Below are positions 50,226 through 61,818 of a stretch of 64,000 nt of DNA, piece by piece. Position 1 is the stretch's first letter. Each line of letters opens with the position of its first letter. The stretch is from Geosiphon pyriformis uo1 (Eukaryota; Fungi; Glomeromycota). The translations under genes and the position numbers were made by a program. The stretch is from positions 372,001-436,000 of the forward strand of contig JAAOMT010000468.1 of NCBI GenBank assembly GCA_016748015.1. Direction: 5' to 3'. Below the pieces are notes generated by a model. That model did not search any database. It worked only from the letters and a program-made list of their open reading frames with translations, and was not told where the DNA came from.

Positions 50226-52165
50226 TGGGACGAAGAAGAAATATGGGAACCAGAACTAGAACACAAGAGATCCAATCTTGCCAGAACTGAACCAATCAAA
50301 GCTTCCAGAGCAGATATCTTAGATTCCAGACCACCCACCTTGGAGGTAAGAACCTTTGAACCACTCGAACTAAAAACAGCATCAAGCACATCAGCACCAG
50401 AAACAGAGGGTGTAGATGAAATCAATCCACCATCCAGAGCCATATCCAAGTCCACAACCGAAATCACAGACACAGAAACATCTGAAAGAGAAACACAAGA
50501 GGAAGATACCAAAGGCACCAACTCAACAAAACTCAATTTTTTCACAATACCAGAAATCTGGTTAGCTAAGAATTCCAAGAAGCATTCCAGAGATGCCATG
50601 TGACCACTCAAATCAGAGATATCAAGAGACCCAAAGGCTATTGAGAGAGGTTTCATGTCTGAAGGTGAACTACTACCAGAAACATCCAAAAGAACCGTAT
50701 GAGAGGAAGAGTTACCAGCAACCTGAGCCCATGTCTTGCCACCAAACGAAACTGGCTGTGCAATAGGAGCCATCTTTTTCTTATATATTTCAGCCAGACA
50801 AACCCGATCCTGATCAGAAACCACCCGTCTCCCATGACCACCAGAATTTCCACCCATTGAACAGTTAATAGAAATATGACCAAATTGTTTGCACCAACTA
50901 CAACAGGCCAGAAAGAGACCAGCCCAATACAAACTTACACTCTTGAAAATTGGAATTGTGCCAATAGCAGCCAACTTAGATGCCTCATCACCAAAACAAA
51001 TTACAGCACACCTATCACAAACATATGAACTAGAATTGCAGCTGATAAAACAAGACTTCTCACCATAAAATACCAACAAATCGGAAAGATCATGGGCAGT
51101 GGTGCCTACTGGAAGAGTGTATAGCAATGCTTGATGCTGATCCCTAGATACCCATGTTTGTTTATCTTTGATCACCAAAGCCACACACACAGAATCCTTT
51201 TCCATAAAAACAGACCACATAAAAGCAACCTGACTGGCAACTTTAGACAACTCTAACTCAACTAGGGTCTTTTGCCAAAGACCAATTAGCTGCATCTTGA
51301 TAGACACAATTTTGCCAAATTTAGAGAAAACTGATTCTACCACCGATCTGGAAAGATTTATTGGGATCTCCTTGACAATCACCTCCCAATCTGAATGGCT
51401 GTTTGCTTTTTTGACATCATCATTAACCAAAATTTTCTCACAGATTGCCATTTTCCTAGCCTTATTCAAACTAAATTCTAATGTAAAAGATGATTTAATA
51501 ATACCAGAAAATTTTGAAGGAATGGAGGCTCTCCCAAAACCATCAACACGATAAAAAATTTTTTTTAATGAAATTAATTTATCACTAACTAACTTGCCAG
51601 GCACTGCAGAAAGCTCAATATTAAGTGTGAAGGATTTTGTCGTATTAAAGTTCCAGATTTCTGGAGCACGTGATTCAAGTGGTGACAACTGATTGAACTC
51701 AATATCCACACGAGAAGGAAGATCCAGCACAATATTGTCATCACTTATACATTTGAATAAAAGTCACTTTAGAGAGTTGCCCAGCACAAATGTCTAAGTG
51801 TGAGTTTTTCTCAGCATCATCTTATCTATGTTGTTGTTCTCATCTGATTCTGTGTAACTGGTTTTCTCGGCAATTGTGTTCACCATATTTTCGATGTCTA
51901 AGAGATTACTTACACTGCTAGTGACACTGCCAACTTCACTTTTCCAGGATATTTCAGGCTTGACATCAGCACCACTAAGAATTTTCAAGCCCAGAGAGCC
52001 AGCAGACGAGTCAACCACAACACCAGCAACAGGCTTCTTTGGCTTTTTGTAAGATGCACCTCAAGAGTACACCGTATCCACACACTTGCTTTTCACACTT
52101 TGGCGGGTCCCCAAACCAGCCAAAATTGACCCAGAGCCACCAGCAGAAGAGCTCACTGGTTCCAT
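50222..52165 (-). pseudogene. LINE D ORF1
   Basis: Fragments 51794-52018 and 50222-51730; knuckle CSWCKQFGHISINC; ends SSSQ*. Confidence 0.9.
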
Positions 52166-53087
52166 TGCAACAAACAGAGGTATAGTAAAAGAAATAGCTA
52201 ATAGGGACTAAGGAAAAAGAGAGAAAGAAAAGCGAATACTTCAGAAATATCTATGCTCTTGTTATGGTTAGGGGATCGACAAGAGAAAAGTTTGGTTTGC
52301 TTTTTATTAATAAAATATAATTAAATTATTATTTAATTTATAAATAAAAATATTTTATATGGTTTTTATATATAATTAGTTATTTATATTTATGATAGAA
52401 TTACTTTAAATTATTTGTAATAATATAAAATACAATAAATAAACAATAATTTTAACATAAAAAATTAAACCAAAATATTAATTTATAAATATTTTAAGCA
52501 TAATAAGCTGTTTAAAATTTGATTTAATAAACCAAATAATTTAAATTTTAATATTTTATAATATTAAATATTAAATTTAATATTAATAATAAAAGTAAAG
52601 CTTTTTTGAATTTTAGAATAATTATTTTTAAAACAAAAAAATAAATACCAATAAATTAAATATATTATTATTAAATATAATTTATTATCTTATTTAAGTT
52701 TAATTAATCTATTATTATAATTGTTTAAGAAAAAATAAAAATTATTGTTAAAAAATTTTATGTCTTAAATATTAATTTGTTAATTATTAAAAAAAAAACT
52801 TAATAAAAAACACAAATAATAAAAAAATGTTTTAATAATAAATAAATTTAAAAAATTATTAAATCAAAATTTAATTTAATTAAAATTATAATATTGGCCA
52901 AAAATAAAAGTATATTAATAAATAATAATTTTAAAAAATCAGATATATAATTAAATTAAATTGTAATTATTAAAAAAGTTCTATAAATATTTTTAAAGAA
53001 ACTGTTTTTTTAATTTTATTAAAATTTAGTAAAGTTATATTAATTTAATTGCAAATAATTAAATTATAACAGAAAAAACAAAAAAAA

Positions 53088-56000
53088 CTTTTTTCTCTTC
53101 TTTATCCAAAATTCTCAAAAAAAAGAGTCAAAAGTTTTTTTCTAAAAGAAGTTTTTTACAATTTAATACAATAAATCCAAACTTTTTTTGCTTGATTATG
53201 AGACCACTGTTAACTGTAGTATCACTGTAATGAGGAAATCTGTTAAAGACTTTGGTCTTTGTAGTGGTAAAAAAGATATTGCTTTTAAAAAAAAAAAAAA
53301 AAGTGGTGTTCTAAAAAATAGTGTTGCTTATGAAATGATTTTGTCTAAAAAAGCTGTTGGTGGTTTTTGGAGGTCTAAAGTTGGCAATACTACCGAATCT
53401 AATAGTGTCAATATAAAAAAAAAGTGTTTGATAGAAACCAATATAAATTATAATGAAAAAAGTTTATTCATTGAAGGTGATTTTAACTAAACACCAAAAG
53501 GTTCAAGATTAATAATTAAAAAAGCTCTAAGTATATCATTAAGAAAGATCAACTTTTTGGATGATGTTGATGATAATAATATTTTTTAGATACTTCTGTA
53601 GTTCTTCCTTCTCTGCTGAAAAATTTGGTTAATATGTCTATTAAGAAATCATTTACTTTGGATAAAGTTGCTGGAAAATTATCTCAGAAGAAGCTGGCAG
53701 TTGTTAGAAAATTATTTTCTGAAATCAATAGTTTTAAAGAAGCCTCTACCCCTTCAAAATTTGTTGGAATCATCCATGCCTCTTTCATTTCTGAATTAAG
53801 TTTGGCACAGGTTACAAAAAAAGTGGAAGCTGCAAATATATTAGTAAACACCAATCTTAAGAAATCTACTGGTTGTTTAGATCAGGCTGTAGTAGTAAAG
53901 AAAATTCCTGTTGGAACATTGGCTAAGGCTGTGCATGTTGTACTATCTGAGTTTGGAGTAATTAAGTTAATCAAGATACAGTTAGTAGGACTATAATAAA
54001 AGACTGTAGTTGAGTTTGAGCTGATAGATTAAGCCAATTTGGCCATAACAAAGTGGTCTATTTTAATTGGGAAAGATGCTGTGCATGTAGTCAGGGCTAA
54101 TAATGACAGAAAATTTTGGAATGCTAGGAATCATTATAGGGCACTGCTTTATACATTGCCTATAGGGACTAATGTTTATAACATCTGGAACTTTATTGGC
54201 TCTGTAAGTGAGAAAACATGTATCATTGATTGTTATCTGGTTTCATATGCTCATGTTAGATGTGCTGTTGTCTGTTTTAAATCTGTTAAATCATTAAATG
54301 CTGTCATGAGAATCACATCAGTGCTGAAAAAAGTCAACTTGCACTGGTTTTATTTAAGTTTTGCCAAGTATGCTAAGTATAAGAAATTTAGTCATATGTT
54401 ATTAGATTGTGTTTTGGGTGGAAAAAATTCTTCTGGTGGTTCATCTTATAGGGTGTTGTCAGAGGCAAATAAAAGCAGACTGGCATCTATCTATGCCAAA
54501 TGTTTGGCACCAATAGCTTATTCTGTTTTTTTTGGTGGTATTTCTTAGGCGAAAATTATTGGTAAGTTTTCTTTTTCCCTTTTTTTTGTACACAATGGTT
54601 TGGCTGATCTTAGTTCTTTTTTGAAGATAAAACCTCTTTCATTGGTTGCTAATAAATTAAAATTATGTTTGGTTGCTATTGAGAACAGTCTTACCAGCCT
54701 TGCAGGACAAATTAGTGAATTGGCTAAAAGATTGAAGTCACTCATGTTGGCAGTTTCTTAGCTTAGCCTTAGATGTTAACTGTTGGTAATCCCCTTATTA
54801 CAGGATTAGGTGGATAATATAATAATAGGAGAAGACTCAGATGAAGCCACTAGTGGTAAGACTGTTATGGTTTTGGGCTCTTCTGCTCTCCTAATGTAGC
54901 ACAATTGGAAAGCATACTAGATAGACTTGTTGCTTTAGTGCTGAGTCTGTTGGCTTGTTTTAATAGTTTGGTTTTGGCTGGTGATATGATTCCTAAACCC
55001 CTTTCTCAATGGGTGATCTGGTGTAGAAAATTGCTATGTGCAATATTAAAAAAATAAATAATCCTGCAAAACAGATTGATATTATTTATTGGCATAAAGA
55101 CATGAACAATTTGGTTTCTATCTTCACAGAAACTAAGCTGAAAGAAAAGATTTGCCTATGAATTATAAACAAATTTGATGGCATTCAAGTATTTACTTTT
55201 AGTCTGAATTCTGGGTATCTGGATGCTGGTATTGTAATTGTCATAAACTCTTTTTTGACAAAACATATATGTAAGATTTCTAAGATGCCTGGATAGCTCT
55301 TCTCTGTTAAATTGCTTTTTAAAAATAAACTTTCTGTTTCAATTTTGGGGCTCTATGCTGGTGTTTCTTCTACAGTTTAGTTTTTCCAAGCTAGTGATAT
55401 CAATTCTCTGATTGCAAAGACTATAAATGAATTTTTTTTTGTTATTTTGGGTAGAGATTTCAATAAAAATGGTTCTTACAGGTGTGTAAGTTTTAAAAAA
55501 TGCTCTGATTTAGGTTTGGTCAATTTCTTAGGTAGAAGCTCATTTGCTAAAATGCCAATGTAAACTAATTCTAAGAATGTTGCAAAAACAATTGACTATA
55601 TATTCATTTCTTTTAATCTGGTTAATGTGTTGGTAGATTGTGATATACTTTTTATTGAGAAATATTTTGATACTGATCACTGAGCTGTCTCTGTTTCTGT
55701 GAAACTGGGAAGTTTGTTGGATGTGCATTTGAATCTTTTATGCAAGCAGGCAAATATGAACTGTTGGAAGTTTGATATTAATAATGCTGATGAGGTAAAA
55801 TAGAGTAAATTTAAAGATGCTACAGCAGCTAATGCTACAATGTTTTTTGATAACTTTGCTATGTTCAGGCATTTCTTTAATTTGGATGCAATGTGAGATG
55901 TTGTTTACAAGGTTGTTATTCTTTCAGCTAATGGGATGTTCAAAAAGAAGTGGTTTAAGAGTTTTAATAATATTTTTATTAAAAGATTTTCTAGATTTTA

Positions 56001-59000
56001 CAGGTTGGAAATTCTAATGTTTGAATTGGTTAAGACTTCTCATTTGATTGCTAGTAAGGAATTTACATTATTGTTGGATAAGTGAAATGTGCTTGACATA
56101 AATAGTGCATCAACTGTGAATTTTTTTTTTCTGTTAGGTTCTAATTTTGACATCATTCAGTCAGCTCTGGCCAGAGCAAAAAAGTCTTATTGTTCTTCCA
56201 AATTACTGGAATCTAGAAATGCTAAGGAATTTTACATTAAGTTGGCTATTAGTAAAAGAATAAAGAGTTTTGAATTAGACAAGGATTATACTATTAAAAA
56301 TGTGTTGGAGTGCTTTTTTCACAAAGTGGTGCTGAATCATTTGGTTGTGGATGATGAATTGGTCTTGGAGCCCAAGTTAGTCAAATCAAAGGAGGATGAA
56401 ATCATGAAAGATTGAACCAGGAAGTATAAGGTGATTTCTGATATCTTTAATAACTGGTCTTACCAATATCAGTTTTTGGATCATGTTTTTGATGATGCTT
56501 TTTCTGATGTAATGTGTTTGATTGGTTTTGATAAAATGTTTAGTGTAATCTTAAGTCTGTTTAATGGAAAAACAACTGGTCTGTCTGGTATCTCAAATAA
56601 ATTGTGGAAACACTGTGACAATCTGATTTTGGATATGCTCTTGGTGCTTTTGAATTTGTGTTTGATTTGTAAATCAGTATCTGAGCCTTAGAAAAATGCT
56701 TGGGTTTTGATAATTTTCAAACCATATAAGTGGGAGGGTGTTCTTATGAATATTCATTCTATTGCTTTAATTAAGACAGCTTGCAAAATTTTTTCCAAAA
56801 TCTTTTTAGACAGGATTTTTTCTGCTTGTAGTGCTTTTGATATTTTCCAAAGTAATAACTTTTCTGTTTTAAAAAATACAACAACACAGTTTCCTATTTT
56901 TGTTATTGGTTCTGTGGTCAAGAATGTCTTAGAAAAGAACCAGAAACTGTGGCTTGTTTTGCAGAATATACATTGTTATCTGAATAGAAAAACAAATCCA
57001 AGTTATGAAGAAATGTAATCAAAAATGTGATAACACAGAATAATGCATAATAATGTAGAATAACATGTTATAACATAATATAATGAATAATAATATAGGA
57101 TAATGTGTTATAACATAATATAACTAGCAATAATATATAAAAACAAAGCAATAACAAAAATAACAAAGCAATCAGAAACAATTCTGTAGAACAAAAAAAA
57201 TGTATAAAAATGAGCTGTAAAAGTTAAAAAGACATCCAGAGAGAAAATTAAACTTTCAAAGTCAATTAAACTCATAGGTTATAATTATTAAATACTCTTT
57301 CTTTCAAGAATAGTTGCTATTAACTGAAATGGAATTATATTAATAAAATATCTTTTTAATTCTTCAAATCCATGTTATTATTTACTATTTAAACTGTTGG
57401 CACAATAGCTTTTGATTACAGCTATTAACAAGACACTTATTTTTTATTTTATTTATTTTATTTTTTTATTTTTTTATTTTCTTTTGTGGAGCAGCAATAT
57501 AAGAAAATCAACTGTCTGGAAATAGACTTTATAATAGTCTGGTAAAAGAAAGAGGCTCCTCTTAAGTTTGAATATTAACATTATCTTAATAGCTTACCAG
57601 AAAGGCAAAAAAACATTGCCAAACTCTAATGACTGTGCTCATTAGCTCAGAAAAAATAGCTCATATTACTTACAAAAAGTTACAATATCACAAAACATAT
57701 TTCTGTGCTTTATAACCAAAAAATTCTATGGGTAAATCTATAACAATCAAACAGATCTTTAGAGACTGATAATACTGACACAACAAACAAGTCTACTGAA
57801 AAAAAACCATCAAAAGCTTCCTAAAAACCCAAATCTTAAGCACCAAACATTACCATTAAGTTTATCTGTAACAATGTAAGGCCTATAACTTTGTTGGATA
57901 AGAACATTTCAAGAGAAGTTTGGTTAGGATCAAAATATGTAGCAAGTTTATTAGATTTTTTTGTGGCATTCACAATAGTCATGTCAACAAAGTGATAACA
58001 GATTTCAGTTTGACTAATGAGTATTAAGTTCATGATAAATTGGATCAAAGAAAAGTTTTTTCATTTTTTCTTTGGTGCATATTTTATAATCTGCTTTTAT
58101 ATGAAATTAAGAAGCAGAAAAGCATGTGTGGTTACAGATTGAACTCTTATTTTGTTACTAAGACTGGCTAAATGTAATCTCAGGCTGGAATAACATCTTT
58201 TTTTGCTGTTGGTGTTTTCATTGATGATACAATCTGAATTAATAGTACCCAAAATGCTACACAACATATTCTTAATATTACTAGTGAATTTTTTCAGTTC
58301 AATGACATTTTAATTAACAATAACAAGACTGTAGCTATTTTTATTAACTGCAAGATTACAAACTCATTTTTGACTGTTAGTGGCTTGTCTATTTCTATTA
58401 CTAAAAAAGGAGTGTTTCATCACTACTTGGGCATTTTTTTATCTTTTGAGAGTTTGTTGAAGCCTAGCTTGGCTAAAGCTTATTTGGATGTTTAGTTTTT
58501 TACCAATCTAGTTTTAAGGAAGGCAATCTCTGATAAGCAGTTTGTATATTTGGTGTTTGCAGTTTTCTATTCTATTATTGATTATAAAACTCAATTCAGT
58601 TACATTCCTGTTGATATGTGTATTAAATGGGATGCTCTAATTCACAAGGGTTTGAAATCTAAATCTGGTTTGCTACTTAATTTTTCCAATAATACTATTT
58701 ATTATTCTTCTCTTTATAGTCTGAAAACATTTGAACAAGTTTAAGTTAAAAACAAGTTAGCTGCTGTTGTTTTTTTTGTAAACTTTATTGGAATTTTGGG
58801 TCAGCTGTTTTCTCACAAATTATATGACCTGCAGGTTCTTAGCTGGCATTTAATCTACTTTTTGCAGTTTTCTGTTCATATTTAAGTCAATGCTTCAAAT
58901 AATTTTTTGGCAGGTGTGATCTGTATTTTTTCTGGATGTGATTTGTCTTTGGATATTCTTTTGGCCAATGCTTTTAAGTTTTAAGATAGGACTTCTATGT

Positions 59001-60733
59001 TTCTTGTTTTCAGTAATTCAAATTATTTTAAGTATTTTTTTTTACTTTGGCATTATAGAATTGCTTTTGTGGAACAGCTTTACAGTCATAAGAGCTCTGT
59101 TTTTAATTGGAAGACCTTTAAGTGGTGGAAATAGTAGGACTCTCATGGCCCAATTCCCATTTGATTTGAGCTTTCTGTTCATTTTCTTTGTGGTGAGTTT
59201 TTTTCTTCTATCCACTCTCCACCTCTAAGCAGCTGTGGCTTTTCAAACATTCTTAAGTCTCATGAATTTGAGGTCATTTGTAACAGTCTTTTAGGTGCTA
59301 AAGCTGACTAACTTTCAGTCTATACAGATGGATCTTTAAGAGGTTTGGAAACTTTGGACATAAAAGCTAGTACTGCAGCTTTTTTTAAGAACATAGATTT
59401 GGGTTTGGGTGTTGGGATCTTTGGTTTAATGTTTTCTACTATAACAGAGTTGTAGGCTATTGTATTGGCTCTTGAATGTATTCTTTCATTTTGTTTAGTT
59501 AACCTATATTTAAATAGCCAGACTGCTTTAAATAATTGCAGGTCGAAATTAATTTTGGTTTGTCCAGATTTTAGAAATCATTGTTAGATTGAATGCCACC
59601 ACATTGTGAATGTTATCTGATGCAAAAATTTGGACTTTAGTTGGCACAAGGTTAAAAATCACTTGGGTGTTTTAGATAATGAATGTGCTAATACATTTGC
59701 CAAGGCTGCTGCTTTCTCTAATTGGTGCCTTTCATATTTAGTTGGTGAGCATTATATTAGGGCTAATAGTAATGCTGTTTCTGGCAGCTCTAGACATTTC
59801 ATTCATAGAATATTTCAGTCAGTTCATTGTGCACATTGGGAGATTGGCTCTGGTTTCCAGTTTGTGTTGGATAGTTTATGTGTGAATATTGATTGGTTTA
59901 AGTTATTTTTGGTGTGGCATTCTGATTTTCATATGACTACTGGTTTCACCAGCAAATGTTCTGTTGAGTTCTGCACTTATTTTATAAAAGCTTTACATTA
60001 TTAACTACCTGTCACTTTGCACAAATGGCTTTACAACAAGTGCTATCCCAGTGTAATATGTTTGTTTTGTGATAAAGTAGAGATATCAAACCATGCTTTT
60101 TCTTGTGTTTTTGATGTTGCTGGTTGTGCTCAGTTATTGAATATTCATGCAACTGCTTGGGGAGCACTTGCTGGTCTTTTTTGCTCTGCTTCTTGTGTTT
60201 TACAGCTGTTGTCTACTTGTGTCTCTAATATTGTAATTAGTATGGCTCTGTGTAAGAGCTTTGTTTTCAATAATTGGTATCATGAATCTGTTTCTATTTT
60301 CAAGGATTCTAAGGTAGCAAGTCGAAATATTGTTGATTTTGTGTACAGGTTTTGTCTGGCATTCCAAAACAAATTTTGGTTGGTTTGTGCCAAACACAGA
60401 GCTTTTATAGAGAAGAATATGCTAATTCTGCTTGATAAATCCATTTTTATTTCAGTTTTTAGGCTTTTTTTAATGCTTTTGACTGGTATAGTCAAATTGT
60501 TAAGTATAGCTAAGACTATTGATGTTGGTTTTGGTTTTCATAAATCTTGTTTGTTTTTCTTGAGTATAGGAGACACAGTTTTTGTTTATATAGGTGTTTA
60601 GTGTTATTTTAACTGGTCTGAATGGCTGGTCACATGTGAAAAATACATGATTCACACCTAGTTTAGATTAATTGTATGATATATTATATTAGGTAGTATT
60701 TGGATCTCACTCATTAAATATAATAAAAAAAAA
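53088..60733 (+). mobile_element. Full-length LINE copy E (ORF1 type X + ORF2 type alpha), more eroded, with a nested insert; probable TSD ATAACAGAAAA
   Basis: 5' UTR/ORF1 align with copy A; ORF2 55009-60601 and 3' UTR align with copy B. ATAACAGAAAA at 53066-53076 and 60734-60744. Confidence 0.93.
56974..57873 (+). mobile_element. Solo-LTR-like insertion, family 3 (900 bp), in the RT domain of LINE E
   Basis: Ends TGTTA...TAACA; flanks ACAT/ATGT (4-bp TSD with transitions). It splits the LQDMRKAYD motif. TATAAAA near 57203. Confidence 0.8.
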
Positions 60734-61818
60734 ATAACAGAAAACTAAAATTATAAAAACTAAAAACAATATAATAAGTTTAAAATATTATTGTATATAT
60801 TATTAATAAATACTATTGTTTATAATTTTAAAGATTTGTTAAATAAAATAAATAAAAATACTTATATTATTAATTATAATTTTTATATATACAATAAAAT
60901 TAATATATATTATTATTTATTTTGAATTTAAAAAAATTTAAACAGATTTTATTATGTTATTTTAATATTTAATAAAATAAATTTATTTTAAACTAATCTA
61001 AATTTGGCTTTTATAAAAATTAAAAACATTTTGATTATATAAAATTAAAGTCTAATTTTTTTAAAAATTTGTTTAAAAAATTTATTATTAATAACTAAGC
61101 AAAATTATTTTGTTATTATTTATGTCAAAAAATGTTTTATTTTGTTGTTTTTAGTAACAAGTTTTAAACTTAAATAATTTAAAAACCAAGATAACAAAGC
61201 TTTCAAGTTTTTTTAATATTATTTTATTAAAATTAAATATTTTATTTGTTAAAAATAAATCTAATATTTATTTTTTTAATAATAAAAAATTAATATATAT
61301 AATATATATATAATATAAACAATCTAATTAAACAAAATATTATAATTAAATAATGCAAAAAATTGGAAATTTTATTTTAATTATTATAAAAACTAAATTA
61401 AAAATTAGTTAAATTATAAACTATAAATAAATTTAATAAAATTAAAATATTTTCTTTTAAGACTAATTTAAATAATATAAATTTTAAAATTATGTTAATA
61501 TTATTATTATTAAACATATTTGCAAAGTTTTTAAAATAATTAGACAACTTTTGTTAATTTGTTTGCTTTTTAAAATTGTTTTTTAGTCATAATTTTAAAT
61601 TTATATATTAAAATTTTATAGAAAATTAAATTAATATAGACTAAAAGTATTAATATTATAATTTTCAAAACAGTAAATAAAAGTTTTTTTGTGATTTTAA
61701 ATAACAATTTTAATAAAAATAATTTTAAAAAAAGTGTAAATTATTATAATTTTTAATATAATAGTTTTTTAATTAATACTTTAATATAAAATAACTTTAA
61801 AAAATAGTTAAAAAAAAA

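Larger units (their letters stand above)
45413..52290 (-). mobile_element. Full-length LINE copy D (ORF1 type Y + divergent ORF2 type beta)
   Basis: ORF1 50222-52165 starts FVAMEPVSSSAGG like copy B. ORF2 45552-50225 has APE, RT and RNase H (HTDSQAAID). 3' UTR 45551-45425 and A tail. Confidence 0.95.

Noticed and set aside
45400-52320. TSD ATTTTATTAATA around LINE D (and candidate TSDs for B and C)
   Set aside because: Pure A/T words in very AT-rich flanks and not flush with the 5' end; chance match likely.
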